From: TPA_inf: Saccharomyces
Taxonomy: Eukaryota
Direction: 5' to 3'
Assembly: GCA_000146045.2 (NCBI GenBank)
Contig: BK006944.2
Location: 64,001 to 128,000, forward strand
Length of the DNA stretch: 64,000 nucleotides
Shown piece by piece: positions 32,757 through 43,315 of the stretch. The notes below the pieces were generated by a model. The model was not told where the DNA came from. It did no database searches and saw only the letters and a program-made list of their open reading frames with translations. The number at the start of each line of letters is the position of its first letter. Position 1 is the first letter of the stretch. A program made the translations under genes and the position numbers.

Positions 32757-34157
32757 ATGTCTAGTACTCAAGTAGGAAATGCTCTATCTAGTTCCACTAC
32801 TACTTTAGTGGACTTGTCTAATTCTACGGTTACCCAAAAGAAGCAATATTATAAAGATGGCGAGACGCTGCACAATCTTTTGCTTGAACTAAAGAATAAC
32901 CAAGATTTGGAACTTTTACCGCATGAACAAGCGCATCCTAAAATATTTCAAGCGCTCAAGGCTCGTATTGGTAGAATTAATAATGAAACGTGCGACCCCG
33001 GTGAGGAGAACTCGTTTTTCATATGCGATTTGGGAGAAGTCAAGAGATTATTCAACAACTGGGTGAAGGAGCTTCCTAGAATTAAGCCATTTTATGCCGT
33101 CAAATGTAATCCTGATACCAAGGTTTTGTCATTATTAGCAGAGTTGGGCGTTAATTTCGATTGCGCTTCCAAAGTGGAAATTGACAGAGTATTATCGATG
33201 AACATCTCGCCGGATAGAATTGTTTACGCTAATCCTTGTAAAGTAGCATCTTTCATTAGATATGCAGCTTCAAAAAATGTAATGAAGTCTACTTTTGACA
33301 ATGTAGAAGAATTGCATAAAATCAAAAAGTTTCATCCTGAGTCTCAGTTGTTATTAAGAATCGCTACCGATGACTCTACCGCTCAATGTCGACTTTCCAC
33401 CAAATATGGCTGTGAAATGGAAAACGTAGACGTTTTATTAAAGGCTATAAAGGAACTAGGTTTAAACCTGGCTGGTGTTTCTTTCCACGTCGGTTCAGGC
33501 GCTTCTGATTTTACAAGCTTATACAAAGCCGTTAGAGATGCAAGAACGGTATTTGACAAAGCTGCTAACGAATACGGGTTGCCCCCTTTGAAGATTTTGG
33601 ATGTAGGTGGTGGATTTCAATTTGAATCCTTCAAAGAATCAACTGCTGTTTTGCGTCTAGCGCTAGAGGAATTTTTCCCTGTAGGTTGTGGTGTTGATAT
33701 AATTGCAGAGCCTGGCAGATACTTTGTAGCTACAGCGTTCACTTTGGCATCTCATGTGATTGCGAAGAGAAAACTGTCTGAGAATGAAGCAATGATTTAC
33801 ACTAACGATGGTGTATACGGGAACATGAATTGTATTTTATTCGATCATCAAGAGCCCCATCCAAGAACCCTTTATCATAATTTGGAATTTCATTACGACG
33901 ATTTTGAATCCACTACTGCGGTCCTCGACTCTATCAACAAAACAAGATCTGAGTATCCATATAAAGTTTCCATCTGGGGACCCACATGTGATGGTTTGGA
34001 TTGTATTGCCAAAGAGTATTACATGAAGCATGATGTTATAGTCGGTGATTGGTTTTATTTTCCTGCCCTGGGTGCCTACACATCATCGGCGGCTACTCAA
34101 TTCAACGGCTTTGAGCAGACTGCGGATATAGTATACATAGACTCTGAACTCGATTGA
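32757..34157 (+). CDS. SPE1: SPE1, ornithine decarboxylase (PLP-dependent, fold III).
   Basis: A 466-aa ORF beginning MSSTQVGNALSS... Motifs PFYAVKCN (carrying the PLP lysine) and GPTCDGLD are visible. The ORF-track start at 32739 is a non-native upstream start. Confidence 0.92.
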   Translation: MSSTQVGNALSSSTTTLVDLSNSTVTQKKQYYKDGETLHNLLLELKNNQDLELLPHEQAHPKIFQALKARIGRINNETCDPGEENSFFICDLGEVKRLFNNWVKELPRIKPFYAVKCNPDTKVLSLLAELGVNFDCASKVEIDRVLSMNISPDRIVYANPCKVASFIRYAASKNVMKSTFDNVEELHKIKKFHPESQLLLRIATDDSTAQCRLSTKYGCEMENVDVLLKAIKELGLNLAGVSFHVGSGASDFTSLYKAVRDARTVFDKAANEYGLPPLKILDVGGGFQFESFKESTAVLRLALEEFFPVGCGVDIIAEPGRYFVATAFTLASHVIAKRKLSENEAMIYTNDGVYGNMNCILFDHQEPHPRTLYHNLEFHYDDFESTTAVLDSINKTRSEYPYKVSIWGPTCDGLDCIAKEYYMKHDVIVGDWFYFPALGAYTSSAATQFNGFEQTADIVYIDSELD

Positions 34158-34352
34158 AGGATATATTTAACCACGACTTTCGCAAGAGAGACGGAGGGGG
34201 TGGGAAAAGGCTGAATGCAACCATTGTCACTAAGAATTTGAGTGTTCATGAACGAGTTATACACGCTATTTAAGAGTCAGAGAATGATGATTCAAGAAAA
34301 TTCTGGCATTTTTCCTGTCCACCACTGTACGCCATTGTACACAAAAGTATTT

Positions 34353-34397
34353 TTTTATATTTTTTTTACAATTTTTTATAATTTTTTTTTATGTTTA
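34353..34397. promoter_or_regulatory. Candidate ARS core. Two perfect matches to the ARS consensus WTTTAYRTTTW (TTTTATATTTT at 34353-34363 and TTTTATGTTTA at 34387-34397) sit inside a very AT-rich island of about 80 bp.
   Basis: The motif matches are seen directly. The context is intergenic, between the SPE1 3' end and LOT5, and overlaps the 3' end of YKL183C-A. I have a vague recollection of an origin near here on chrXI, but it is not verified. Confidence 0.35.
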
Positions 34398-34607
34398 GTG
34401 TATATTTGCTAGAAAGAAACAAGATCTTTTTTGGTAGTGTAAATGCTTAAACTTTGTCTCTTTTTCCTTTTTACTTTGGAAAAATGCCGACGCAAGAACA
34501 TAGACATCTGCGAAAACCAAAAATAAAGTACCAATTGTACATACAAAAACAGAGAAAAAGTTCATGAACAGAACGTTACTACGGTATAGCAAGATCTTTG
34601 AATACAT
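34395..34607 (-). CDS. YKL183C-A, a small hydrophobic ORF of 70 aa with unknown function.
   Basis: The ORF MYSKILLYRSNVLFMNFFSVFVCTIGTLFLVFADVYVLASAFFQSKKEKETKFKHLHYQKRSCFFLANIH has one predicted TM helix. I recall that an annotated small ORF exists at this position. Its coding status cannot be assessed from sequence alone. Confidence 0.45.
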   Translation of the reverse strand: MYSKILLYRSNVLFMNFFSVFVCTIGTLFLVFADVYVLASAFFQSKKEKETKFKHLHYQKRSCFFLANIH

Positions 34608-34720
34608 CCATTACTTCGGATTGTTCACCATACTTCAACACAGGCCAAGATAGACCATAGCTACAGTGATAGACGAATATTTATTTCAAAAGAAGCATCA
34701 ACCATAAAATAAAAAGAAAA

Positions 34721-35641
34721 ATGATGAAAAAAAAACCAAAGTGCCAAATTGCAAGGACCAAACCATCGGTCGAAAACGTCATACCATATAACCAATTCAA
34801 GAAGACGCAGCCGCGATTCAACGGCAACTTTTCTGCACTGAATAATGAAGAATACATAATACTCTTTGGCGGAGGTCGGGACCTGATACTAGGCTCCCTG
34901 ACACCTTGTTCGAGCTCTCATTTGTCCAATCAAGCCAACCCACAAGACACCAGTGAGTATGGCACAGACCTGTTTATACTCAACAGCTGCATTATCATTT
35001 GGTTCAATGGCTTGGGATATGGGCTGGAAATTCCCTACAGCAGCGTTTTGTACCATGCATCAAGACGGCTACCAGATGGTAGGGAAGGGCTTCAATTAGA
35101 AATTTTGCTGACTTTGGAAAGAGACGAAGTGTTGGACATGCTCTACCAAAGCCTCGCGCCACAGGCCTGCGAATTCGACGGCGAAGAAGCACATGCCTTC
35201 ACCGTGCGCAGCGTGGAATTGACTATCAGGCCCAAATATTCAATATACGATCGCCATTATAACAACGAAATCGAAACCCTTTTCACCTTCGAAAACTTCG
35301 GCGTGAACAGGGGCGATGACCTGGTAAACAATTGTAACGAAGCACTAGCCGTATGCATGGACCTGCACGGTGAGGACGTACAAGATCAAGACCAGGAACA
35401 ATACCAAGATCCAAGCATGGCGTTTGAGGGTGCGCAAGATCTCAACGCCACGTATTCTGGGCTTGGAGACACCCTTCACGGGCCGCCCGTGTATCAGAAC
35501 GACGGGCTGGCAGACGATCTGGATGGCGACCTCGTTATGGACAACGTGGTCTCTAGGGGTGGTCCAGAAGCAAGTATGTCTATGGAGTTCTACGCAAATC
35601 AAAATCTTGCTGGCAGAAAGAACTCCAGAGACAATGAATGA
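34721..35641 (+). CDS. LOT5: LOT5, low-temperature-responsive protein.
   Basis: A 306-aa ORF. I recognise it as YKL183W. Confidence 0.85.
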   Translation: MMKKKPKCQIARTKPSVENVIPYNQFKKTQPRFNGNFSALNNEEYIILFGGGRDLILGSLTPCSSSHLSNQANPQDTSEYGTDLFILNSCIIIWFNGLGYGLEIPYSSVLYHASRRLPDGREGLQLEILLTLERDEVLDMLYQSLAPQACEFDGEEAHAFTVRSVELTIRPKYSIYDRHYNNEIETLFTFENFGVNRGDDLVNNCNEALAVCMDLHGEDVQDQDQEQYQDPSMAFEGAQDLNATYSGLGDTLHGPPVYQNDGLADDLDGDLVMDNVVSRGGPEASMSMEFYANQNLAGRKNSRDNE

Positions 35642-35802
35642 ACAACATCTATTATGGGAACATCCCGCTGTACTATGCGGTCTCGTCCTCTACGAATATG
35701 GCTATTTGCCTTCGTATATACCTTTCTATACCAAGTAATGAATGTCTTGAGGGCCCGTATGGCCGCGCGAAGGCTTAGTTAAGATGTTTCAGCAAACGGC
35801 AG

Positions 35803-35812
35803 CATGTGAAAA
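35803..35812 (+). promoter_or_regulatory. ICRE / UAS-INO-like element CATGTGAAAA, a 9/10 match to CATGTGAAAT, about 860 bp upstream of the FAS1 ATG.
   Basis: Seen directly. From established knowledge, FAS1 is regulated by Ino2/Ino4 through an ICRE. Whether this copy is the functional one is not verified. Confidence 0.35.
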
Positions 35813-36670
35813 AACCCGTAGAAGGTCCGCATCAGCCTTCCATGCCCGTGCACCCACGGCTCCTCGGAGGCCGGGTTATAGCAGCGTCTGCTCCGCATCA
35901 CGATACACGAGGTGCAGGCACGGTTCACTACTCCCCTGGCCTCCAACAAACGACGGCCAAAAACTTCACATGCCGCCCAGCCAAGCATAATTACGCAACA
36001 GCGATCTTTCCGTCGCACAAGTTAAAAGAAATTGTTGAAAAATACAAATAATCGCGAACAATACGTTGTTGCTATTTAACGCTTTTGGTCTGACAGTAAG
36101 TGTGCCTTTCCCAATCACCGAAAAGTGTTGAACGATTCACTGCGACAATAATCAGAGATTACAGTCGGCATTTTGGCATTTTTGGCATACTTTTTATCGA
36201 TTGAACCATCTTCTCCAAACACTTTTCCTTTTTCCTTCTATTCTGCAGGACCAACTAAAACTGGGTATATATATCATTATCTATATATATAAACGGCTTT
36301 CAACAAAGTTATAGGGGAAAACTAAAAATATAAGAAAAAAAAAGGTATTGATTGATAAGGAAAAAGAACCAAGGGAAAAATATAAAAAAGTACATTGGGC
36401 CTTTTCATACTTGTTATCACTTACATTACAAAGAAGAACAAACAACTTTTTTAAACGAATTTTCTTTCTTCCTTTTTCAATTTATTAATTCTTTTTTTCC
36501 ATACAATTCAAGGTCAAATATATTCTTATATGCTCTTTGAATATTTCTGAAAAATATATAAAGAAAAGAAACTACAAGAACATCATCCGGAAAATCAGAT
36601 TATAGACTAGGATTCCGCTCTTTTTAGTATATTTATTCGCCACACCTAACTGCTCTATTATTCGCTCATT

Positions 36671-39600
36671 ATGGACGCTTACTCCACAAGACCATTAACC
36701 CTATCTCACGGTTCTTTAGAGCACGTGCTTCTGGTACCAACCGCTTCATTTTTCATTGCTTCGCAATTACAAGAACAATTTAATAAAATTTTGCCCGAAC
36801 CCACTGAAGGGTTTGCTGCAGATGACGAGCCTACCACACCTGCTGAACTAGTGGGGAAATTCCTTGGCTACGTATCTTCTCTAGTCGAACCTTCCAAGGT
36901 CGGTCAATTCGATCAGGTCTTGAACCTTTGCTTAACAGAATTTGAAAACTGTTATTTAGAAGGCAATGACATTCACGCCTTGGCTGCTAAACTATTACAG
37001 GAAAACGACACAACTTTAGTGAAGACTAAAGAACTAATTAAAAATTATATTACCGCCAGAATAATGGCTAAGAGACCATTTGACAAAAAATCCAACTCTG
37101 CTCTTTTTAGGGCCGTCGGCGAGGGTAACGCACAATTGGTAGCCATTTTCGGTGGTCAAGGTAACACCGACGACTACTTTGAAGAATTGCGTGATCTATA
37201 TCAAACTTATCATGTCTTAGTGGGAGATTTAATCAAGTTCTCCGCTGAAACTTTAAGTGAACTGATTAGAACTACTTTAGATGCTGAAAAAGTCTTTACT
37301 CAAGGTTTAAACATATTGGAATGGTTGGAGAACCCTTCAAATACCCCAGACAAGGACTATTTACTTTCCATTCCAATTTCATGCCCCTTAATTGGTGTCA
37401 TTCAATTGGCTCACTACGTAGTTACTGCCAAGCTTTTGGGTTTCACTCCAGGTGAGTTAAGATCTTACTTAAAAGGTGCTACAGGTCACTCTCAAGGTTT
37501 GGTTACTGCTGTCGCCATAGCTGAGACGGATTCCTGGGAATCCTTCTTCGTCTCCGTAAGAAAAGCAATTACTGTATTATTCTTCATCGGTGTTCGTTGT
37601 TACGAAGCATACCCAAACACTTCCCTACCACCATCCATCTTGGAAGATTCCTTGGAAAACAATGAAGGTGTTCCATCTCCAATGTTGTCCATTTCCAATC
37701 TAACTCAAGAACAAGTTCAAGACTATGTAAATAAGACTAACTCTCATTTGCCAGCTGGTAAACAAGTTGAAATTTCTCTAGTCAATGGTGCGAAGAATCT
37801 AGTCGTATCGGGCCCACCACAATCATTATATGGTTTAAACTTGACTTTAAGAAAGGCCAAGGCCCCATCTGGACTGGATCAATCAAGAATCCCATTCAGC
37901 GAAAGAAAATTGAAGTTCTCCAATAGGTTCTTACCTGTTGCATCACCATTCCATTCCCATCTATTGGTTCCAGCTTCAGATTTGATTAACAAAGACTTAG
38001 TCAAAAACAATGTCAGCTTTAACGCTAAAGATATTCAAATCCCCGTTTACGACACTTTTGATGGTTCAGATCTAAGAGTCCTTTCAGGTTCCATTTCCGA
38101 GAGAATCGTCGACTGCATCATTAGATTACCTGTCAAATGGGAAACTACTACACAATTCAAAGCCACCCACATATTAGACTTTGGTCCAGGTGGAGCTTCC
38201 GGTTTAGGTGTTTTAACCCATCGTAATAAAGATGGTACTGGTGTTCGTGTTATCGTTGCCGGTACTCTCGACATTAACCCAGATGATGATTACGGATTCA
38301 AGCAAGAAATCTTTGATGTTACTAGTAATGGTTTGAAGAAAAATCCAAACTGGTTGGAAGAATACCATCCAAAATTAATTAAGAACAAATCAGGCAAAAT
38401 TTTTGTCGAAACAAAATTTTCTAAATTAATCGGTAGACCACCTTTATTGGTTCCTGGTATGACACCATGTACTGTTTCTCCAGATTTCGTAGCTGCTACC
38501 ACAAATGCTGGTTATACCATTGAGTTGGCCGGTGGTGGTTACTTTTCCGCAGCAGGTATGACCGCCGCTATTGATTCTGTGGTTTCTCAGATAGAAAAGG
38601 GTAGTACCTTCGGTATCAACTTGATCTACGTCAATCCATTTATGTTACAATGGGGTATTCCATTAATCAAGGAACTAAGAAGCAAAGGTTATCCAATTCA
38701 ATTCTTGACCATTGGTGCTGGTGTCCCATCATTGGAAGTTGCTAGTGAATACATAGAGACATTAGGTTTGAAGTACTTGGGTTTGAAACCAGGTTCCATT
38801 GATGCTATTTCGCAAGTTATAAACATTGCTAAAGCACATCCAAACTTCCCAATAGCTTTACAATGGACCGGTGGTAGAGGTGGTGGTCATCATTCTTTCG
38901 AAGATGCCCACACTCCAATGTTACAAATGTACTCCAAGATTAGAAGACATCCAAACATTATGTTGATATTCGGTTCTGGTTTCGGTTCTGCTGATGACAC
39001 TTACCCATACTTAACCGGTGAATGGTCCACAAAATTCGATTATCCACCAATGCCATTCGATGGTTTCCTATTTGGTTCGAGGGTCATGATTGCTAAGGAA
39101 GTTAAAACTTCTCCTGATGCTAAGAAGTGTATTGCTGCTTGTACTGGTGTTCCTGATGATAAATGGGAACAAACCTACAAGAAGCCAACTGGTGGTATTG
39201 TCACTGTTCGCTCTGAAATGGGTGAACCAATTCACAAAATTGCCACTCGTGGTGTTATGCTATGGAAGGAATTCGACGAAACCATCTTCAACTTACCAAA
39301 GAATAAGTTGGTACCAACTTTGGAAGCAAAGAGAGATTACATTATCTCAAGATTGAACGCCGATTTCCAAAAACCATGGTTTGCTACCGTCAACGGTCAA
39401 GCCCGTGACCTAGCCACAATGACATACGAAGAAGTTGCAAAGAGATTGGTGGAATTAATGTTCATCAGATCTACCAACTCTTGGTTTGATGTCACATGGA
39501 GAACCTTTACTGGTGATTTCCTACGTCGTGTCGAAGAACGTTTCACTAAAAGTAAGACATTGTCTTTAATCCAATCCTATTCTCTACTAGACAAGCCTGA

Positions 39601-42600
39601 TGAAGCTATTGAAAAAGTATTTAATGCTTATCCTGCCGCTAGGGAACAGTTCTTGAATGCGCAAGATATTGATCACTTTTTGAGCATGTGTCAAAATCCA
39701 ATGCAAAAACCAGTGCCTTTTGTTCCAGTTTTGGATCGTAGATTCGAGATTTTTTTCAAAAAAGATTCGTTATGGCAATCTGAGCACTTGGAAGCCGTCG
39801 TCGACCAAGACGTTCAAAGAACATGTATCCTACATGGACCTGTTGCAGCACAATTCACTAAAGTCATCGATGAACCAATTAAGAGCATTATGGATGGTAT
39901 TCACGATGGTCACATCAAAAAGTTACTACATCAATATTACGGTGACGATGAGTCAAAGATTCCAGCAGTTGAGTACTTTGGTGGTGAAAGCCCTGTAGAC
40001 GTACAAAGTCAAGTTGATTCTTCCTCTGTATCTGAAGACTCAGCTGTTTTTAAGGCAACATCCTCTACTGATGAAGAAAGCTGGTTTAAGGCTTTGGCGG
40101 GATCCGAAATTAACTGGAGACATGCAAGTTTCTTATGTTCCTTTATCACTCAAGATAAAATGTTTGTTTCTAACCCAATTAGAAAAGTTTTCAAGCCAAG
40201 CCAAGGAATGGTTGTTGAGATTTCCAACGGCAATACTTCTTCAAAGACTGTTGTCACTCTTTCAGAACCTGTTCAAGGTGAATTGAAACCAACTGTTATT
40301 TTGAAGTTGTTGAAGGAGAACATAATCCAAATGGAAATGATTGAGAACAGAACTATGGATGGTAAGCCCGTCAGCTTGCCATTGTTGTACAACTTCAACC
40401 CAGATAATGGTTTTGCTCCAATCTCTGAAGTTATGGAGGACAGAAACCAAAGAATTAAGGAAATGTACTGGAAATTATGGATTGATGAGCCTTTCAATTT
40501 GGACTTTGACCCAAGAGATGTCATTAAGGGCAAAGATTTCGAGATCACCGCTAAAGAAGTTTATGACTTTACACACGCTGTTGGAAACAATTGTGAAGAC
40601 TTCGTTTCTAGACCTGATAGAACGATGTTGGCCCCAATGGACTTTGCTATTGTTGTCGGATGGAGAGCCATCATCAAGGCCATTTTCCCTAATACGGTCG
40701 ATGGTGACTTATTGAAGTTGGTTCATTTGTCTAACGGCTACAAGATGATTCCTGGCGCTAAGCCACTGCAAGTTGGTGATGTTGTTTCAACTACTGCTGT
40801 TATTGAATCTGTCGTCAACCAACCTACAGGAAAGATTGTCGATGTGGTAGGTACATTATCGAGAAATGGCAAGCCTGTCATGGAAGTCACCTCCTCATTC
40901 TTCTACAGAGGCAACTATACTGACTTTGAAAACACTTTCCAAAAGACTGTTGAACCTGTTTATCAAATGCACATCAAAACTTCTAAAGATATAGCTGTCT
41001 TGCGCTCTAAGGAGTGGTTCCAATTGGACGATGAAGACTTCGATCTGTTAAACAAAACTTTGACTTTCGAAACTGAAACTGAAGTTACTTTCAAGAATGC
41101 TAACATCTTCTCTTCAGTGAAATGTTTTGGCCCAATTAAAGTTGAATTGCCAACCAAAGAAACCGTGGAGATCGGTATTGTCGATTACGAAGCCGGTGCC
41201 TCTCACGGTAACCCTGTTGTTGATTTCTTGAAGAGAAACGGTTCCACATTGGAACAAAAGGTCAATCTAGAAAATCCTATTCCAATTGCAGTACTTGATT
41301 CGTACACTCCAAGTACCAACGAACCATACGCTAGAGTTTCTGGTGATTTGAATCCAATTCACGTTTCACGTCATTTTGCCTCTTACGCAAACTTGCCAGG
41401 TACTATCACGCACGGTATGTTTTCTTCTGCTTCCGTCCGTGCTTTGATTGAAAACTGGGCTGCTGACAGTGTTTCATCCAGGGTACGTGGCTACACTTGT
41501 CAATTTGTTGACATGGTTTTGCCTAACACTGCTTTGAAAACATCGATTCAACATGTTGGTATGATCAATGGTAGAAAATTGATAAAGTTTGAAACTAGAA
41601 ATGAAGATGACGTTGTAGTTTTGACTGGTGAAGCCGAAATTGAACAACCTGTTACTACCTTCGTTTTCACTGGTCAAGGTTCACAAGAACAAGGTATGGG
41701 TATGGACTTATACAAAACTTCTAAAGCTGCTCAAGATGTTTGGAATAGAGCTGACAACCATTTCAAGGACACTTATGGTTTCTCTATCTTAGACATTGTC
41801 ATTAACAACCCAGTTAACTTAACAATTCACTTCGGTGGTGAAAAGGGTAAGAGGATCAGAGAAAACTATTCTGCTATGATCTTTGAGACTATCGTGGATG
41901 GAAAATTGAAGACTGAAAAAATTTTCAAGGAAATTAATGAGCACAGTACTTCTTACACATTTAGATCTGAAAAAGGTTTATTGTCTGCTACTCAATTTAC
42001 ACAACCAGCTTTAACTTTGATGGAAAAAGCTGCTTTCGAAGACTTGAAATCTAAAGGTTTGATCCCAGCCGATGCTACTTTTGCTGGTCACTCTTTAGGT
42101 GAGTATGCTGCTTTGGCCTCTTTGGCTGATGTTATGTCTATCGAATCTTTAGTTGAAGTTGTGTTCTACAGAGGTATGACTATGCAAGTTGCTGTTCCAA
42201 GAGATGAGTTGGGCAGATCCAACTATGGTATGATTGCCATTAACCCAGGTAGAGTCGCTGCATCATTCTCTCAAGAAGCTTTGCAATATGTTGTTGAGAG
42301 AGTTGGTAAGAGAACCGGCTGGTTGGTTGAAATCGTCAACTACAACGTTGAAAACCAACAATATGTTGCAGCTGGTGATCTAAGAGCTTTAGACACCGTT
42401 ACCAATGTTCTAAACTTCATCAAATTACAAAAAATTGATATTATTGAACTACAAAAGTCCTTATCTTTGGAAGAAGTTGAAGGTCATTTGTTTGAGATCA
42501 TTGACGAAGCTTCCAAGAAATCTGCTGTCAAGCCTCGCCCACTTAAATTGGAGAGAGGTTTTGCTTGTATCCCATTAGTTGGTATTTCTGTTCCTTTCCA

Positions 42601-42826
42601 TTCCACCTACTTGATGAATGGTGTTAAACCATTCAAGAGTTTCTTGAAGAAGAATATCATAAAAGAAAATGTGAAGGTTGCTAGATTGGCCGGAAAGTAC
42701 ATTCCAAACTTGACTGCAAAACCATTCCAGGTTACTAAGGAATATTTCCAGGACGTTTATGATTTGACTGGCTCCGAACCTATCAAGGAAATCATCGACA
42801 ACTGGGAAAAGTATGAACAATCCTAA
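36671..42826 (+). CDS. FAS1: FAS1, fatty acid synthase beta subunit (acetyltransferase, enoyl reductase, dehydratase, malonyl/palmitoyl transferase).
   Basis: A 2051-aa ORF. The AT active site GHSQG and the MPT active site AGHSLGEYAALAS are visible. An FMN-binding TIM-barrel ER region and hot-dog dehydratase modules are also present. Confidence 0.96.
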   Translation: MDAYSTRPLTLSHGSLEHVLLVPTASFFIASQLQEQFNKILPEPTEGFAADDEPTTPAELVGKFLGYVSSLVEPSKVGQFDQVLNLCLTEFENCYLEGNDIHALAAKLLQENDTTLVKTKELIKNYITARIMAKRPFDKKSNSALFRAVGEGNAQLVAIFGGQGNTDDYFEELRDLYQTYHVLVGDLIKFSAETLSELIRTTLDAEKVFTQGLNILEWLENPSNTPDKDYLLSIPISCPLIGVIQLAHYVVTAKLLGFTPGELRSYLKGATGHSQGLVTAVAIAETDSWESFFVSVRKAITVLFFIGVRCYEAYPNTSLPPSILEDSLENNEGVPSPMLSISNLTQEQVQDYVNKTNSHLPAGKQVEISLVNGAKNLVVSGPPQSLYGLNLTLRKAKAPSGLDQSRIPFSERKLKFSNRFLPVASPFHSHLLVPASDLINKDLVKNNVSFNAKDIQIPVYDTFDGSDLRVLSGSISERIVDCIIRLPVKWETTTQFKATHILDFGPGGASGLGVLTHRNKDGTGVRVIVAGTLDINPDDDYGFKQEIFDVTSNGLKKNPNWLEEYHPKLIKNKSGKIFVETKFSKLIGRPPLLVPGMTPCTVSPDFVAATTNAGYTIELAGGGYFSAAGMTAAIDSVVSQIEKGSTFGINLIYVNPFMLQWGIPLIKELRSKGYPIQFLTIGAGVPSLEVASEYIETLGLKYLGLKPGSIDAISQVINIAKAHPNFPIALQWTGGRGGGHHSFEDAHTPMLQMYSKIRRHPNIMLIFGSGFGSADDTYPYLTGEWSTKFDYPPMPFDGFLFGSRVMIAKEVKTSPDAKKCIAACTGVPDDKWEQTYKKPTGGIVTVRSEMGEPIHKIATRGVMLWKEFDETIFNLPKNKLVPTLEAKRDYIISRLNADFQKPWFATVNGQARDLATMTYEEVAKRLVELMFIRSTNSWFDVTWRTFTGDFLRRVEERFTKSKTLSLIQSYSLLDKPDEAIEKVFNAYPAAREQFLNAQDIDHFLSMCQNPMQKPVPFVPVLDRRFEIFFKKDSLWQSEHLEAVVDQDVQRTCILHGPVAAQFTKVIDEPIKSIMDGIHDGHIKKLLHQYYGDDESKIPAVEYFGGESPVDVQSQVDSSSVSEDSAVFKATSSTDEESWFKALAGSEINWRHASFLCSFITQDKMFVSNPIRKVFKPSQGMVVEISNGNTSSKTVVTLSEPVQGELKPTVILKLLKENIIQMEMIENRTMDGKPVSLPLLYNFNPDNGFAPISEVMEDRNQRIKEMYWKLWIDEPFNLDFDPRDVIKGKDFEITAKEVYDFTHAVGNNCEDFVSRPDRTMLAPMDFAIVVGWRAIIKAIFPNTVDGDLLKLVHLSNGYKMIPGAKPLQVGDVVSTTAVIESVVNQPTGKIVDVVGTLSRNGKPVMEVTSSFFYRGNYTDFENTFQKTVEPVYQMHIKTSKDIAVLRSKEWFQLDDEDFDLLNKTLTFETETEVTFKNANIFSSVKCFGPIKVELPTKETVEIGIVDYEAGASHGNPVVDFLKRNGSTLEQKVNLENPIPIAVLDSYTPSTNEPYARVSGDLNPIHVSRHFASYANLPGTITHGMFSSASVRALIENWAADSVSSRVRGYTCQFVDMVLPNTALKTSIQHVGMINGRKLIKFETRNEDDVVVLTGEAEIEQPVTTFVFTGQGSQEQGMGMDLYKTSKAAQDVWNRADNHFKDTYGFSILDIVINNPVNLTIHFGGEKGKRIRENYSAMIFETIVDGKLKTEKIFKEINEHSTSYTFRSEKGLLSATQFTQPALTLMEKAAFEDLKSKGLIPADATFAGHSLGEYAALASLADVMSIESLVEVVFYRGMTMQVAVPRDELGRSNYGMIAINPGRVAASFSQEALQYVVERVGKRTGWLVEIVNYNVENQQYVAAGDLRALDTVTNVLNFIKLQKIDIIELQKSLSLEEVEGHLFEIIDEASKKSAVKPRPLKLERGFACIPLVGISVPFHSTYLMNGVKPFKSFLKKNIIKENVKVARLAGKYIPNLTAKPFQVTKEYFQDVYDLTGSEPIKEIIDNWEKYEQS

Positions 42827-43315
42827 TTTCTTAAGTGATTATATAACCGTAAGAAATATTTAACTTTGAAACTCCTGTATACTAATGTTTAATATAGCTG
42901 GCTTATGATTTTAGTTCTCTTCTCCTATTATAAATAGATACATTGATTAGGTATTTTTATAATATACTTGGGATTAACAGATGCTATATGAATTTTTTTT
43001 TCCGCCGCAAGCCCTCGCTAGGGCGGGGCAGATGCTGAAGAAAAAATTTTCTGTTCCATTGGGTTATGTTTAAAAATCAACGATATTCGAACATAATCGA
43101 TGACCTTGATGATTAGCGAAGTTCTGCTCTAAAGAAATTAGCTTTAAAAACAGCTCCATTATTAGTGTAAACTGCTACTTCAACTCTTTACTCGAAAAGT
43201 TGAAACAAGTGTCTATTCCGCACATCTCTGCAATAACCGAACCTTCACGATTTAGCTACAATCCCACATCTGCAGATTCTACCGTTTAATAGTCTTAATT
43301 TGAAGAGAAATAAAA

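Noticed and set aside
35779-36051. Three overlapping 68-81-codon ORFs in the GC-rich block.
   Set aside because: Mutual overlap in different frames and on different strands is the expected artefact of locally high GC content. I list the block as a finding only.
36671-42826. Numerous short antisense or alternative-frame ORFs inside FAS1 (for example 38047..38274, 39090..39356, 40273..40548). Similar ones lie inside PEX1, PXA2, LST4, TPO5 and SNU114.
   Set aside because: These are expected by chance inside long codon-biased genes. Each host gene translates to a full-length known protein with intact catalytic motifs.
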